Counted from the first letter of the stretch, positions 39,146 through 48,824 are shown. The stretch is 64,000 bases of DNA from Gammaproteobacteria bacterium (GCA_036381175.1 DASVDI010000005.1:129-64128), one strand, 5' to 3'. Notes: generated by a model not told the origin, from the sequence alone. Made by a program: numbers and translations.

Positions 39146-40093
39146 ATGTCTTTAAACACGCCGTTACCGGGAAGAATCCTGTCCCGTTCGTTAACAGCCA
39201 CGGCAGGTCGCTGGCTGCTGCTGTTGGCGGTCGGTTTCGTATTGGTGCTGGGAGGCTGCGGTGGCGGCGGCGGCGGTGGCGGCGGAACGACACCGCCACC
39301 GCCGGACAATGGTGGTGGTGACGGAGGCGGCGATGGTGGCGGTGACGGTGGTGGCGACGATACCGCCATCGAACCCACACTCGCATCCATACAGGAGAAT
39401 GTCTTCACGCCGATCTGCACCCAGTGCCACACGGGCGGGTCTGCGCCACAAGGCTTGCGCCTGGAAGCCGGCGTTTCCTACGGCATGCTGGTGAACGTCG
39501 CCAGCGTGGAGGTGCCGGAACTCCTCCGCGTGAATCCCGGCAATCCGGACGACAGCTACCTGATCCACAAGCTGGAAGGCTCGCAAGCCGTCGGTGAACG
39601 CATGCCGCTGGGCGGACCTTACCTCTCCGAAGACACTATCGCGGCCATTCGCCAATGGATCACGGATGGCGCGCCCGAGACCGCCACGGCGGGAACACAG
39701 GGCAAGACGACCTTGACCGGCGCATGGCCGGTTCCGGACAGCAAGCTCGATGCAGCGCCCGGGCAGATCCTGTTGATCGCGGATGCGGAGCTTGATGTTT
39801 CCCTGCTGCGCGCCGGACTGGTTGAGGTGGTGAACCTGGACGACGTTGATCCCGTCACCCTGCAACCGCGCCCGGTGGAGAATCTGCGCATGCAGATCAC
39901 CTCGCTCGCGCCGACTGTCATCCGGCTTGATGCGCCCGCCGAATCCTGGGGTGCAGGCCACTACGAAGTGCGTGTCGATGGCACGGGCGCGCTTGCGGTG
40001 GCGGACCGTTCCGGGCGGATCATCGACGGCAATGACGACGGCACGCCGGGCGGTGATTTTGTCCTGAACTTCGAAATCGAGCCCGCCCGGTGA
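39146..40093 (+). CDS. Lipoprotein with a mono-haem c-type cytochrome domain (PSCyt1-like) and a C-terminal Ig-like domain
   Basis: GGAGG RBS, the lipobox LVLGGC, and a Gly9 + (GGGD)4 linker. The cytochrome part reads FTPICTQCHTGGSAPQGLRLE..NPGNPDDSYLIHKL..MPLGGPYLSEDTIAAIRQWITDGAP. The CXXCH motif is read directly from the sequence. Confidence 0.7.
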   Translation: MSLNTPLPGRILSRSLTATAGRWLLLLAVGFVLVLGGCGGGGGGGGGTTPPPPDNGGGDGGGDGGGDGGGDDTAIEPTLASIQENVFTPICTQCHTGGSAPQGLRLEAGVSYGMLVNVASVEVPELLRVNPGNPDDSYLIHKLEGSQAVGERMPLGGPYLSEDTIAAIRQWITDGAPETATAGTQGKTTLTGAWPVPDSKLDAAPGQILLIADAELDVSLLRAGLVEVVNLDDVDPVTLQPRPVENLRMQITSLAPTVIRLDAPAESWGAGHYEVRVDGTGALAVADRSGRIIDGNDDGTPGGDFVLNFEIEPAR

Positions 40094-41196
40094 GGGTGGT
40101 TGCAGCGCTCGCGAGCCTCGCCGGACTGGGGCTCGCGTTGCTGTTCGGGACGCCGGCAAATGCGGAGCCATGGATCGCCGTCAAGGAGGGCATGAAGTGC
40201 GCGAGCTGCCATGTGAATGCGACCGGCGGCGGCATGCGCACCGAGTACGGCAACCTCTATGCACAGATGACCTTGTCGGCGAGACAATTCGCCACCGACG
40301 GGGCTGCCAACGACAAGCCATGGACCGGGCGCTTGAACGAGTACGTCGCAGTGGGTGGCAACCTGCGCGCGAATGCGAATTTCGCGGACATCCCGGACCA
40401 GGATAGCCAGTTCGCGTTCGATCTCGAGGAAACGCGGCTTTACCTGGATTTCAGCCCACTGCCCGGCCGTGTCGATATCTACCTTGACCAGCACATCGCG
40501 CCGGGCGGCAGCTTCAACCTTGAGGCGTATGCCCGTTACTGGTCGGCGGATCACGACTGGTACATCAAGGCCGGACAGATGTATCTGCCGTTCGGCCTGC
40601 GGCTCGAAGATGACAGCGCCTTCATCCGCCAGACGCCGGGCATCAACTTCAACACGCCCGATACCGGTGTGGAGTTCGGCTGGGAAACGGCGCGCTGGAG
40701 TACCCAGATCGCGGTTTCGAATGGCACGGCCGGCGGACCGGAACTGGATACCGGCAAGCAGCTCAGCCTGAGGTCCGTGCACGTGCGTCCGGGATGGCGA
40801 GCCGGCGCGAGCCTCAACGTGAACGACACGGAACTCGGCGAGCGGAACATGCAGAACCTTTTTGCGGGGCTGCGCACCGGGCCGGTTGCATGGCTGGCTG
40901 AGATCGACTTCATCCAGGATGACACCTTCGCCGCCGGCGAGCTGACTCAACAGGCAGGCCTCGTGGAAGCGAACTGGCTGTTTCGCAAAGGTCACAACCT
41001 GAAAGTCACGGCCGAGATACTTGACCCGAATACGGACATCGACGATGACGAGATGAACCGCTACAGCGTGGCGTGGGAATACTTCCCGATTCCTTACCTG
41101 CAACTGCGGCTGGGAACGCGTTTGTACGACGGCATTCCGGATGAAGCCCTGCAAAACCACACGCTGGTTTTCCTGCAAATGCACGGCTATTTCTGA
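40090..41196 (+). CDS. Outer-membrane beta-barrel with a single N-terminal CXXCH motif (Cyc2-like fused cytochrome-porin candidate)
   Basis: GTGA start/stop overlap with the upstream gene. The signal peptide ends ..PANA, and the mature N-terminus is EPWIAVKEGMKCASCHVNATGGG. An alternating beta-strand pattern follows, and the C-terminus is ..QMHGYF (terminal Phe). Confidence 0.6.
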   Translation: MRVVAALASLAGLGLALLFGTPANAEPWIAVKEGMKCASCHVNATGGGMRTEYGNLYAQMTLSARQFATDGAANDKPWTGRLNEYVAVGGNLRANANFADIPDQDSQFAFDLEETRLYLDFSPLPGRVDIYLDQHIAPGGSFNLEAYARYWSADHDWYIKAGQMYLPFGLRLEDDSAFIRQTPGINFNTPDTGVEFGWETARWSTQIAVSNGTAGGPELDTGKQLSLRSVHVRPGWRAGASLNVNDTELGERNMQNLFAGLRTGPVAWLAEIDFIQDDTFAAGELTQQAGLVEANWLFRKGHNLKVTAEILDPNTDIDDDEMNRYSVAWEYFPIPYLQLRLGTRLYDGIPDEALQNHTLVFLQMHGYF

Positions 41197-41213
41197 CGAA
41201 GCTGCGTCGCATT

Positions 41214-41250
41214 CCGGCGAGCCTGGAAGCGAGGCTCGCCGGATTTTTTT
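41214..41250 (+). terminator. Rho-independent terminator
   Basis: CCGGCGAGCC..GGCTCGCCGG stem followed by ATTTTTTT. Confidence 0.8.
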
Positions 41251-41274
41251 ATTCAGTGATGCGCGGCTCCGGTC

Positions 41275-41673
41275 TCATCCCATCGCCCCGAGCAACACCC
41301 ACGCGAGCGCAATTTGTGCGCCGAACCCGACCGCGAACGCCAGCGTGCGCAACCAGGGAATGGCGAAGGCATAGACGAAGAAATGCACGACCCGCGCCCA
41401 GAAATAAATCATCGCGGCCGTTGCCGTGACGGCGGTGCCGGCATCAAGAACGTGCACCGCGATCGCCAGCGGGGCGAATATCACGAGATTTTCGACTGCG
41501 TTCATGTGCGCGGCTTTCATACGTGCTGCCCACGGTGCCAGCGGTTTCGGCCGCTCGGGATAGCCCACGGTATCGACAAGCCCGCGTACCGTGATCCGGT
41601 TCAGCACATAGGGAATCCACAGCAGGCCCGTGAAAACCGTCACCCATACGAGATACGTCATTTCCGTTTTCAT
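41275..41673 (-). CDS. MAPEG family membrane protein
   Basis: 132 aa, 4 TM helices, RAHMNAVENLVIFAPL motif. Confidence 0.75.
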   Translation of the reverse strand: MKTEMTYLVWVTVFTGLLWIPYVLNRITVRGLVDTVGYPERPKPLAPWAARMKAAHMNAVENLVIFAPLAIAVHVLDAGTAVTATAAMIYFWARVVHFFVYAFAIPWLRTLAFAVGFGAQIALAWVLLGAMG

Positions 41674-41766
41674 CGCGTCGACCCTTTTCGGTGATTTGAA
41701 GACTCATAGAGAATAGACGAGGCGATTCGGCGAGGGGGTTTTCTTCAAGGTAAAGGCGAGACACGC

Positions 41767-41801
41767 AAAAAAAAAACGGTCCGTGATTGATCACGAACCG
41801 T
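41767..41801 (-). terminator. Rho-independent terminator of the RRM-protein gene
   Basis: On the minus strand: CGGTTCGTGAT..ATCACGGACCG followed by T10 (the plus-strand A10 at 41767-41776). Confidence 0.8.
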
Positions 41802-41875
41802 CTTCATCCGGCAACGACACGGGCCGCTGCCGGTCTGTCATCCTGATGTTGCCGTGGGGCTATTCGACGCCCGGC

Positions 41876-42163
41876 TTACCAGCGAGGACGATTGCCGCCA
41901 CCGCCACCACGTGCCGGTTTTTCAGTGGCCATGTTGACCTTGAGCGGACGTCCGCCCATGTCCTTGCCATCCTGTTCCAGTGCCTTTTCCGCCGCCTGCT
42001 GGGAAGCAAACGTGATGAATCCGAAGCCCTTCGGCCGGCCGGTGTCGCGGTCCTTGATCAGCGCAAGATCCTCGATTTCGCCATACGGGGAAAAGAGTTC
42101 GCGCAACTGTTCTTCGTCCACGGTGTACGGGAAGTTGCCGACATACAATTTATTCTGCTTCAT
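41876..42163 (-). CDS. RNA-binding protein with an RRM domain and a Gly/Arg tail
   Basis: LYVGNFPY (RNP-2) and KGFGFITF (RNP-1). The C-terminus is ARGGGGGNRPRW. Confidence 0.88.
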   Translation of the reverse strand: MKQNKLYVGNFPYTVDEEQLRELFSPYGEIEDLALIKDRDTGRPKGFGFITFASQQAAEKALEQDGKDMGGRPLKVNMATEKPARGGGGGNRPRW

Positions 42164-42410
42164 TACCAATACCTGAATTATCGAAACACGGTTGTTTCAG
42201 GGCGGATTCTACCTCAATGGCGCGCCTGTCCTCGAAAACTTCTGACATAACATGTCATTTCGCCTGTTTTTTTTCGAGTCCCAAACACAGGCCTGCGGCT
42301 GAACACGCGCCTCGCCCATTCGCATCCCCGCGCAAGAGGACATATCATCGTCGTTGTTCGGCATCCCCCCAACTTCTCTTCCTGCCACTCGAACAGGAAA
42401 GCACCACAGC

Positions 42411-43184
42411 ATGCTGATTCCCGAGTTGATAAAACGTGCCGTTGTCGGCGAGCAGCGATTCGATTTCATCGAATCGTCAATCAGCATGTCCGACGGAAAA
42501 ATGCTGTCATCGTTGAAAGGCGAGGGACACGCCGACCCCGGCGACAGCTGCTTTCATTTCCGCTCGCGCACGCCGCTCCCTGATAAATGGAAGCAGTATG
42601 GCGACCCGGCCAACGCCGGCGCGACGCCGGACAGCGGTCTCGTGTTTCGTGCCGACGGCATCGAGCGCGGCAGCGCAAGCTGGACCGGCATCGCTACGGG
42701 ATTGCGCGTCATCCAGGGGCGGGCAATCCACGCGAAGGTCAGCGAATGGTCGCGCGCCGACGAACGTTCAGTGCACCTGTCTTTCACACGCGTGGTGATA
42801 CCGGGGCGGCTTGGCTATCCGGTAACCGTTCGGCATTCGGCCGGACACAACGCACGCATGGCGTCCATCGACTGGGAAAACGTCAGGATCGACTTTCGCG
42901 ATTACGACAGTTACACCGAGGTTTGCGCCTACAGCTCCACGGAGCTGCCCGTCTACTTCGCCGAAAGTGTCGTTCACGTACTCGGCAAGATGCTCGACCG
43001 CCAGGTGGGCTGGATCTACCGCGAGCGGCATGCCGACAATCACCGCGTCATCAGCGTAAAGGCGCTGTCATCAGGCATGCGTGACGGGTTGTCCGCCGAC
43101 ACCGGCCCGTCATCCTCGAACTCCACCTCGAGCTACCAGAAATTCTGGCAATCCTGTGCGCGGGAGCTGGCGGCCCTGCTTTGA
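42411..43184 (+). CDS. Hypothetical protein
   Basis: 257 aa from ATG 42411. No signal peptide and no family recognised. Confidence 0.45.
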   Translation: MLIPELIKRAVVGEQRFDFIESSISMSDGKMLSSLKGEGHADPGDSCFHFRSRTPLPDKWKQYGDPANAGATPDSGLVFRADGIERGSASWTGIATGLRVIQGRAIHAKVSEWSRADERSVHLSFTRVVIPGRLGYPVTVRHSAGHNARMASIDWENVRIDFRDYDSYTEVCAYSSTELPVYFAESVVHVLGKMLDRQVGWIYRERHADNHRVISVKALSSGMRDGLSADTGPSSSNSTSSYQKFWQSCARELAALL

Positions 43185-43322
43185 GACAGCCTCGGTCGCG
43201 TCATCGATATTCGTCGCCGACACAACGTTTCACCTACCCATGATTGTCTAGGCCGCACCGTGGATTACCCGGTCGTGGTTATTCCCTTCCAATGTGTTGA
43301 CTGAACAATCGTGGAGGCCGGC

Positions 43323-44057
43323 TTGACGTTCTCGGTCGTCGCGCGTTGCGCGCGGACAGGTAAATTCGGAGTTGCTGCGGCAACGGCGACGAACGCCGTC
43401 GGCAAGCTCGTGTCGCACGCGATGGCAAAATACGGCGCGATCGCGACGCAGGCGATGCTCAACCCGTATCTCGGTTACGACGGACTGCGGCTTCTGCAGA
43501 GAGGAAGCAGCGCGCGTGAAGCATTGAAGCGCCTGCTCGCGAACGACCCGCACCCCGGGCTTCGCCAGGTCGGCATTGTGGATGGCGAAGGCAGCAGCGC
43601 GGCCTGGACAGGCAACGAAAACCTGCACTGGGCTGGCCACCGGGAGGAACACAACTTTTCCGTGCAGGGCAATCGCATGGCCGGACCCGGCGTTCTGGAT
43701 GCGGCGGTGGAAACCATGCACGCCACCGAGGACAAGGATCTCGCGGAGCGATTGCTGCTTGCGCTCGAAGCCGGCGATGCGAAAGGCGGCGACAGGCTGG
43801 GCGAGCGCTCCGGCAACATTCTCGTGTTCGATCACGAGGAGTACCCGCAGTGGGATATTCGCGTGGACGATCACGACAAACCGATCGAGGAGCTGCGCCG
43901 GCTGTTCCACCTTTTCCAGGATGAACTGCTGTCACACATGAACAGGCTGCCGACGCGAAAGGATTATCCGCAGATAGTAAACGACGAAGACCTGCGGCTA
44001 CCGGTCAGTACATCGAGCCCTGCCTCCGGTCAGCGGCGGCGCGATCGCGAGGAATGA
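43323..44057 (+). CDS. DUF1028 (Ntn-hydrolase-like) protein
   Basis: TTG 43323 gives (M)TFSVVARCARTGKFGVAAAT, the typical DUF1028 N-terminus. GTGGAGG RBS. DERSGNILV-type motifs lie further on. Confidence 0.75.
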   Translation: MTFSVVARCARTGKFGVAAATATNAVGKLVSHAMAKYGAIATQAMLNPYLGYDGLRLLQRGSSAREALKRLLANDPHPGLRQVGIVDGEGSSAAWTGNENLHWAGHREEHNFSVQGNRMAGPGVLDAAVETMHATEDKDLAERLLLALEAGDAKGGDRLGERSGNILVFDHEEYPQWDIRVDDHDKPIEELRRLFHLFQDELLSHMNRLPTRKDYPQIVNDEDLRLPVSTSSPASGQRRRDREE

Positions 44058-45165
44058 AGTCATCATCCGTATCCTGCTCCAATGCATCACATTGCGCGGA
44101 GACCACATCGCGGAGCGATTCACTATCAGCATACCATTCTCGCTGCACGTGATAGCCGAGCTCCGAATCCAGCCGCCGTTGCAGCATCGTTATCTCTTCT
44201 GCATCACCGAGTGATTCGGCAACCGGGAATACTTTTTCGATCAGCGCCGCAACCAGCTCACGCAGCGGGCCTGTCTCGCCGCGTTCATTCATGATGTATT
44301 GCGCATTCATGCCGTGTTGCGACGCCCGGTAACGGTTTTCCATTTCCAGCCACCACGGCAACGTGGCCGGAATGTCAGGCTCTTCATCGCGCAGGATGGA
44401 CACCGCCAGCGCACGCACGAACGCCGCAAGCATCGCAGCCTGCGTGACGGTAAACTGCGCATCCATGATCCGAACCTCGATCGTGCCCAGGTCGGGTTGC
44501 GGGCGAATGTGCCAGTGCGCGTCCTTGATGGACTTGAAAATGCCGGCGCGTTGCGAGGCCGAGAATGCATCGCAGAAACGCTGCCAGGTGTGAATGTACG
44601 GCGGCGTGACGTAACGGTTTCCCTGTGCCAGCACGCGCAATCGATAACTTGCGAAGTCGGTGTCCGCACCGCGATAGAACGGCGAGTTCGCAGAAACGGC
44701 GATCAACGCCGGCAGGCAAGGAATCAAACCGCAGATGACGCGCATGGCGTCATCGCCCGACGGCATGCCGATGTGCACATGCGCCGCGAAACTCAACTGC
44801 TCATAACTGACGTAGCCCGACGATTTTTCGATGCCGCGATAGCGCGGCGACGGCGTGACGTCCGCCAGGCGCTCCGAGAACGGGTGCGTGCCTGCACCGA
44901 GAAGACGCATATCGAGATCGGTTGCCGTTTGTTGCACGCGCCGGACAAGTGCCTGCACTTCATGCCGCAATTCCGTTGCGTTATTGCACACCGGCGAATT
45001 GAGCTCGACCGCGGACTGCATGTATTCCGATGTCACGTTCGCAGCATCGGCCATGTGATCAATGAGCGGCACGACGCCACTCACGAGATCCAGCGTGTCG
45101 CGACCAACGAGCTGCCACTCCGTTTCCATGCCGAGTGTCGGCTCGCTGCATTGCGTGAACTTCAT
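44005..45165 (-). CDS. ybdK: Carboxylate-amine ligase YbdK (glutamate-cysteine ligase family 2)
   Basis: PTLGMETEWQLV..SEYMQSAVELNS..GAGTHPF..AAHVHIGM..SANSPF are GCS2 motifs. Confidence 0.85.
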   Translation of the reverse strand: MKFTQCSEPTLGMETEWQLVGRDTLDLVSGVVPLIDHMADAANVTSEYMQSAVELNSPVCNNATELRHEVQALVRRVQQTATDLDMRLLGAGTHPFSERLADVTPSPRYRGIEKSSGYVSYEQLSFAAHVHIGMPSGDDAMRVICGLIPCLPALIAVSANSPFYRGADTDFASYRLRVLAQGNRYVTPPYIHTWQRFCDAFSASQRAGIFKSIKDAHWHIRPQPDLGTIEVRIMDAQFTVTQAAMLAAFVRALAVSILRDEEPDIPATLPWWLEMENRYRASQHGMNAQYIMNERGETGPLRELVAALIEKVFPVAESLGDAEEITMLQRRLDSELGYHVQREWYADSESLRDVVSAQCDALEQDTDDDFIPRDRAAADRRQGSMY

Positions 45166-46337
45166 TGCCGGGTACTCCTGTCGTCAAGCGCTTCGCGAAT
45201 GACGCGATCATAAAAAGCCGCGCCGATGGGCAGAACGTTTTCATCGATATCGAATTTCGGACTGTGCAGGGGAACGTATTCCGCGTCCGGCAAGCGCGCG
45301 CCGAATCGCACATAGCATCCTGGTATTTCCTGCAGGAAATACGCAAAATCTTCGGCGCCCATGCTCGGATTCTCCATGTGAACCAGGCCCGCTTCACCAA
45401 ACAGCGCACGCACGGCGCGGCGAGCCTGCTCCGTCTCGCGCGACGCGTTGATCACAGGGGGATACCCTTCGATGATGTCGAGGTTCACGCGCGCGCGATG
45501 CAGTTCCGCGGCCGCCTCGCCCATGCGTTTGAGACCTTCGAACACGTGTCGTCGCATTGCGGCGTCCGTCGTTCGTATCGTGCCTTCGAGAATTCCTTCT
45601 TCCGCAATCACATTTCCCGCGGTACCGGCAGAGATTTTCCCGATCGTGACAACGGTGGGATGAAATGGATCAAGCTCGCGCGTGATCAGCGTCTGGATCA
45701 CGGAAATCAGCAAGCCGGTCACAATCACCGCATCAACCGATTCGTGTGGCCGCGCGCCATGCCCACCGCGACCGGTAACACGGATCGAGAATGAATCCGA
45801 CTGCGCGGTCACGACGCCGTCGCCAACCATGATCTGTCCTGTCGGATACTGGTGCGTGACATGTCCGGCGAAAATCGCTTCAACACCTTCATGCGCGCCC
45901 GCGTCGATCATGCTGCGCGCGCCTGCGCCTTCTTCTTCGGCCGGTTGGAATATGAACAGCACGCGACCCGGCGGCGGATTTTCGACGAGCATTTGTGCTG
46001 CGCCCAGCACCATCGCCATATGCGCGTCATGCCCGCAGGCGTGCATCTTGCCGGGCTCAACGGATGCGAACGGCAGTGCTGTCGATTCATGTCCCGGAAG
46101 CGCATCCATTTCCGCTCGCAATGCAACCATTGGCGTCGCCATGTCGGAACCGAGCTGCGCCGTCACGCCGGTTCCCTTGCCGCCATACGTCGGCGACAGA
46201 CCCATGCGTTCAAGTTCAGAAACCACTTTCGCCGCTGTACGTTCCTCTTCAAATGACAGTTCCGGATGACGATGAAAGTCACGGCGCAGTTCGATCATGC
46301 GGCGTATTTGAGGTTCTGATGGCAAGCCGTTCAGCAT
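45162..46337 (-). CDS. M20 family amidohydrolase (hippurate hydrolase / aminoacylase-like)
   Basis: RRDFHRHPELSFEE..MHACGHDAH..FIFQPAEEEGAGA..GRGGHGARPHES. Confidence 0.88.
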   Translation of the reverse strand: MLNGLPSEPQIRRMIELRRDFHRHPELSFEEERTAAKVVSELERMGLSPTYGGKGTGVTAQLGSDMATPMVALRAEMDALPGHESTALPFASVEPGKMHACGHDAHMAMVLGAAQMLVENPPPGRVLFIFQPAEEEGAGARSMIDAGAHEGVEAIFAGHVTHQYPTGQIMVGDGVVTAQSDSFSIRVTGRGGHGARPHESVDAVIVTGLLISVIQTLITRELDPFHPTVVTIGKISAGTAGNVIAEEGILEGTIRTTDAAMRRHVFEGLKRMGEAAAELHRARVNLDIIEGYPPVINASRETEQARRAVRALFGEAGLVHMENPSMGAEDFAYFLQEIPGCYVRFGARLPDAEYVPLHSPKFDIDENVLPIGAAFYDRVIREALDDRSTRQ

Positions 46338-46557
46338 GCGACGTCCTCCTGCGGTCCCCGCGTTCCTGTCATGGACTGCTTCGGAAACGCGGTGACGGGA
46401 TCAACGCAAAAAAAAGATGAATAAAACATGACATGACGAATGTGCGGCATGACACCAACCCGCGCAATCTGCAGCGCAGCGCAGTGAAGCCATGTTCAAT
46501 GGAAGCACGTAAAGGCTTATGCCCGGTTTCGAATGAAGAATGCGAACAACGAAAGCA

Positions 46558-46586
46558 GAAGGCGGCCCTGAGGCCGCCTTCCTTTT
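46558..46586 (-). terminator. GC-rich hairpin just downstream of the EF-hand gene
   Basis: GAAGGCGGCC..GGCCGCCTTC. The clean T-run is on the plus-strand side only, so its function as the minus-strand terminator is uncertain. Confidence 0.4.
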
Positions 46587-46602
46587 CTCCGGTCAATGAA
46601 CG

Positions 46603-47145
46603 TTACTTGTCGGCCTTGATTTCGTTCTTCTCGATGTAACCATTGCCGTTTTCATCGATTCCATCGAACGTGCGCGAGACATAGTTGCTGTTCGACTGTT
46701 GCGCTTCCTGTTTGCTGATGCGCTGGTCGCTGTTTGCATCGATGCGCATGAATGCGGAATCGCTCATTTCAGGACCACGCTTGCTCTGCTGTGAGCCGCC
46801 TTGTTGTGAACTGCTTTGCTGCGAGCTGATCTGCTGCGAACCCATCTGCTGCGACTGGGAACCGCTCTGCTGCGAACTGCCCGAACTGATCTGCTGCGAT
46901 CCCATTTGCTGCGACTGCGAACCGCTGTTGCTCGTGGCGGATTTCACCTCGGTTTTGGAAAGCCGCTGGTCGCCATCCTTGTCGGCTTGCTCGAACTGCA
47001 CATTTACGTTCTGCACATTCCGCCATTCGCTCTGGCTGAGATAACCGTTGCCGTCCTTGTCCTTCTGATCGAAATTGACGTCCTGGGCGAGAACCGCTCC
47101 TGACGAAAAAAGACCGGCCAGCAGAATTGGAGTCATTTTTTTCAT
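46603..47145 (-). CDS. Exported EF-hand calcium-binding protein with a Gln/Ser-rich repetitive linker
   Basis: Signal peptide and four DxDxDG-type loops: DKDGNGYLS, DKDGDQRLS, DANSDQRIS, DENGNGYIE. SGSQSQQMGSQQISS occurs twice. Confidence 0.8.
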   Translation of the reverse strand: MKKMTPILLAGLFSSGAVLAQDVNFDQKDKDGNGYLSQSEWRNVQNVNVQFEQADKDGDQRLSKTEVKSATSNSGSQSQQMGSQQISSGSSQQSGSQSQQMGSQQISSQQSSSQQGGSQQSKRGPEMSDSAFMRIDANSDQRISKQEAQQSNSNYVSRTFDGIDENGNGYIEKNEIKADK

Positions 47146-47254
47146 ATGCGCGCCTCCTGGGGAGCGTGGTTTACGGGAGACGACTGACTGCGGATTGATA
47201 CCGGACGTTGCAAGGCAAAATTTTCAATTCATTTTCACGTGTCTTTTTCAACGC

Positions 47255-48100
47255 TCAATCCGCGCCTGCGGCACCAGCAGAACTGGGCATCCGTGAAGTT
47301 GTAGCGGTATCGGGTCCCCTCGCGCGAGCCGTCAGTCGAGGACGATTCACGAGCGACACCAGCACGAAGCTCAACATCATCAACAGGAACCACGCGACCA
47401 GCTTCGTCATCGGTACGAGGTGCCACACCTCGCTTTGCGACGGATAAATCCAGACGCGCGTAAACGTCGCGATGTTCTCGGCGATCCAGATGAACAACGA
47501 CACCAGCGCGAAACCCAGCAGCAACGGCATGCGGCGGTAGACTTTATCCACCTTGAAATAGAGCCAGACATTCCGGAACAGGAAGAAGGTCAGTGCGAGC
47601 AGAAGCCACCGCGCATCCAGCAGGAAATGATGCGTAAAGAAATTCAGGTAAATGCCGGCAACGAGTACCGCTGTTGCCCACATCGGCGGATAGCTTGAAA
47701 AACGAAACTCGAAAATGCGCCATGAACGCGCGATATAACTTCCCACCGCGCTGTACATGAAACCGGCAAACAGTGGCACCGCGAGAATGCCGATCGCGAA
47801 CTCGCCCGGGTACGACCACGAACCGATCGAAGGCAACGTCTTGAAGATTTCCATGCCCGTTGCGACAGCATGGAAGAGGAGAATCACGACGGCTTCGCGC
47901 GGCGTTTCCAGTCGCGTTGCGAGAAGTGCGGCCTGGATGACCAACGCAGTAACGAACAGGAAGTCATAACGATAGATCGACTCGAACGGATACCACAGCT
48001 GGGTTGCGATCATTGCACCCAGCAACAGCCCGCCGAAAAGACACGCCCATGCCTGCTTGAGCCCGAATATCCAGAACTCGCGGATGAATTGTTTCAGCAT
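47255..48100 (-). CDS. DUF817 membrane protein
   Basis: [27 protein letters not shown] followed by about 8 TM helices. Confidence 0.65.
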   Translation of the reverse strand: MLKQFIREFWIFGLKQAWACLFGGLLLGAMIATQLWYPFESIYRYDFLFVTALVIQAALLATRLETPREAVVILLFHAVATGMEIFKTLPSIGSWSYPGEFAIGILAVPLFAGFMYSAVGSYIARSWRIFEFRFSSYPPMWATAVLVAGIYLNFFTHHFLLDARWLLLALTFFLFRNVWLYFKVDKVYRRMPLLLGFALVSLFIWIAENIATFTRVWIYPSQSEVWHLVPMTKLVAWFLLMMLSFVLVSLVNRPRLTARARGPDTATTSRMPSSAGAAGAD

Positions 48101-48159
48101 CCTTGTCTCTTTGTTAGAACCTGGCGGAGATCAGGAGATGTCGAACATCTCTTTTTCTG

Positions 48160-48762
48160 TTACAGGCCGGGCTCCGCCCGAAGCGTGTCGAACATCGCAC
48201 GCGCATCGTCGCGAAAGTCGGGATCGCCCTCATCCGGGTAGTGCCTGTTCGAGTAGGAGAGATGGAGCGCTACGTTCTTCTCCCAGGGATGCAGGCAGTA
48301 CAAGGTAGCGATGCGCAAGTGCATCGGATCCGCTCTGCTCGTTCTTTTCTGCGCCTGGCGGTCTTCGATCTTGAAGAAAGCATTCGCACAGGCAAGACCA
48401 TGAAAATTTGCGGGCACCATCGTGAACTCCAGCGGCGTGAAACGTTCCGAGGCTTCCGGCGCAACCTGCGGCCGCAAATGCGCAATGAGGTCTTCGGCGT
48501 TCTGGATAACCGGTATCTCGAAGTAGCTGGCCTGCACGGCCAATGTTTCATCCTGCTCCTCGCCCATGGCGCCGAGCTCGATGCCGAGCGGCTCGTGCGT
48601 GACGACATACCAGGAATGACGTTCCGGCGGCAGGAATGACACATCGCGCATATCGATGCGCTCATTGGGTGCGACGAGCGGCATGCCGGGCGGCGCCATG
48701 GCACAGGCGCTTGACAGGACCGTCAGAATCAAAAGCACGAGTTGCTGCAGGTATCGATACAT
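48160..48762 (-). CDS. Hypothetical lipoprotein
   Basis: ATG 48762 gives MYRYLQQLVLLILTVLSSAC, which contains a lipobox. Confidence 0.55.
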   Translation of the reverse strand: MYRYLQQLVLLILTVLSSACAMAPPGMPLVAPNERIDMRDVSFLPPERHSWYVVTHEPLGIELGAMGEEQDETLAVQASYFEIPVIQNAEDLIAHLRPQVAPEASERFTPLEFTMVPANFHGLACANAFFKIEDRQAQKRTSRADPMHLRIATLYCLHPWEKNVALHLSYSNRHYPDEGDPDFRDDARAMFDTLRAEPGL

Positions 48763-48824
48763 GTTGTTTCCCCAGGTTCGGACCTTTTTCGATCTTTCAA
48801 CAACAAACAAATATTACATGAACA

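Noticed and set aside
39255-39365. GGC/GGT-rich tandem DNA (Gly9 and four GGGD units) as an independent repeat element.
   Set aside because: It is in frame inside the lipoprotein gene, directly after the lipobox, and is best explained as a flexible low-complexity linker. It is noted only as a possible slippage-prone tract.
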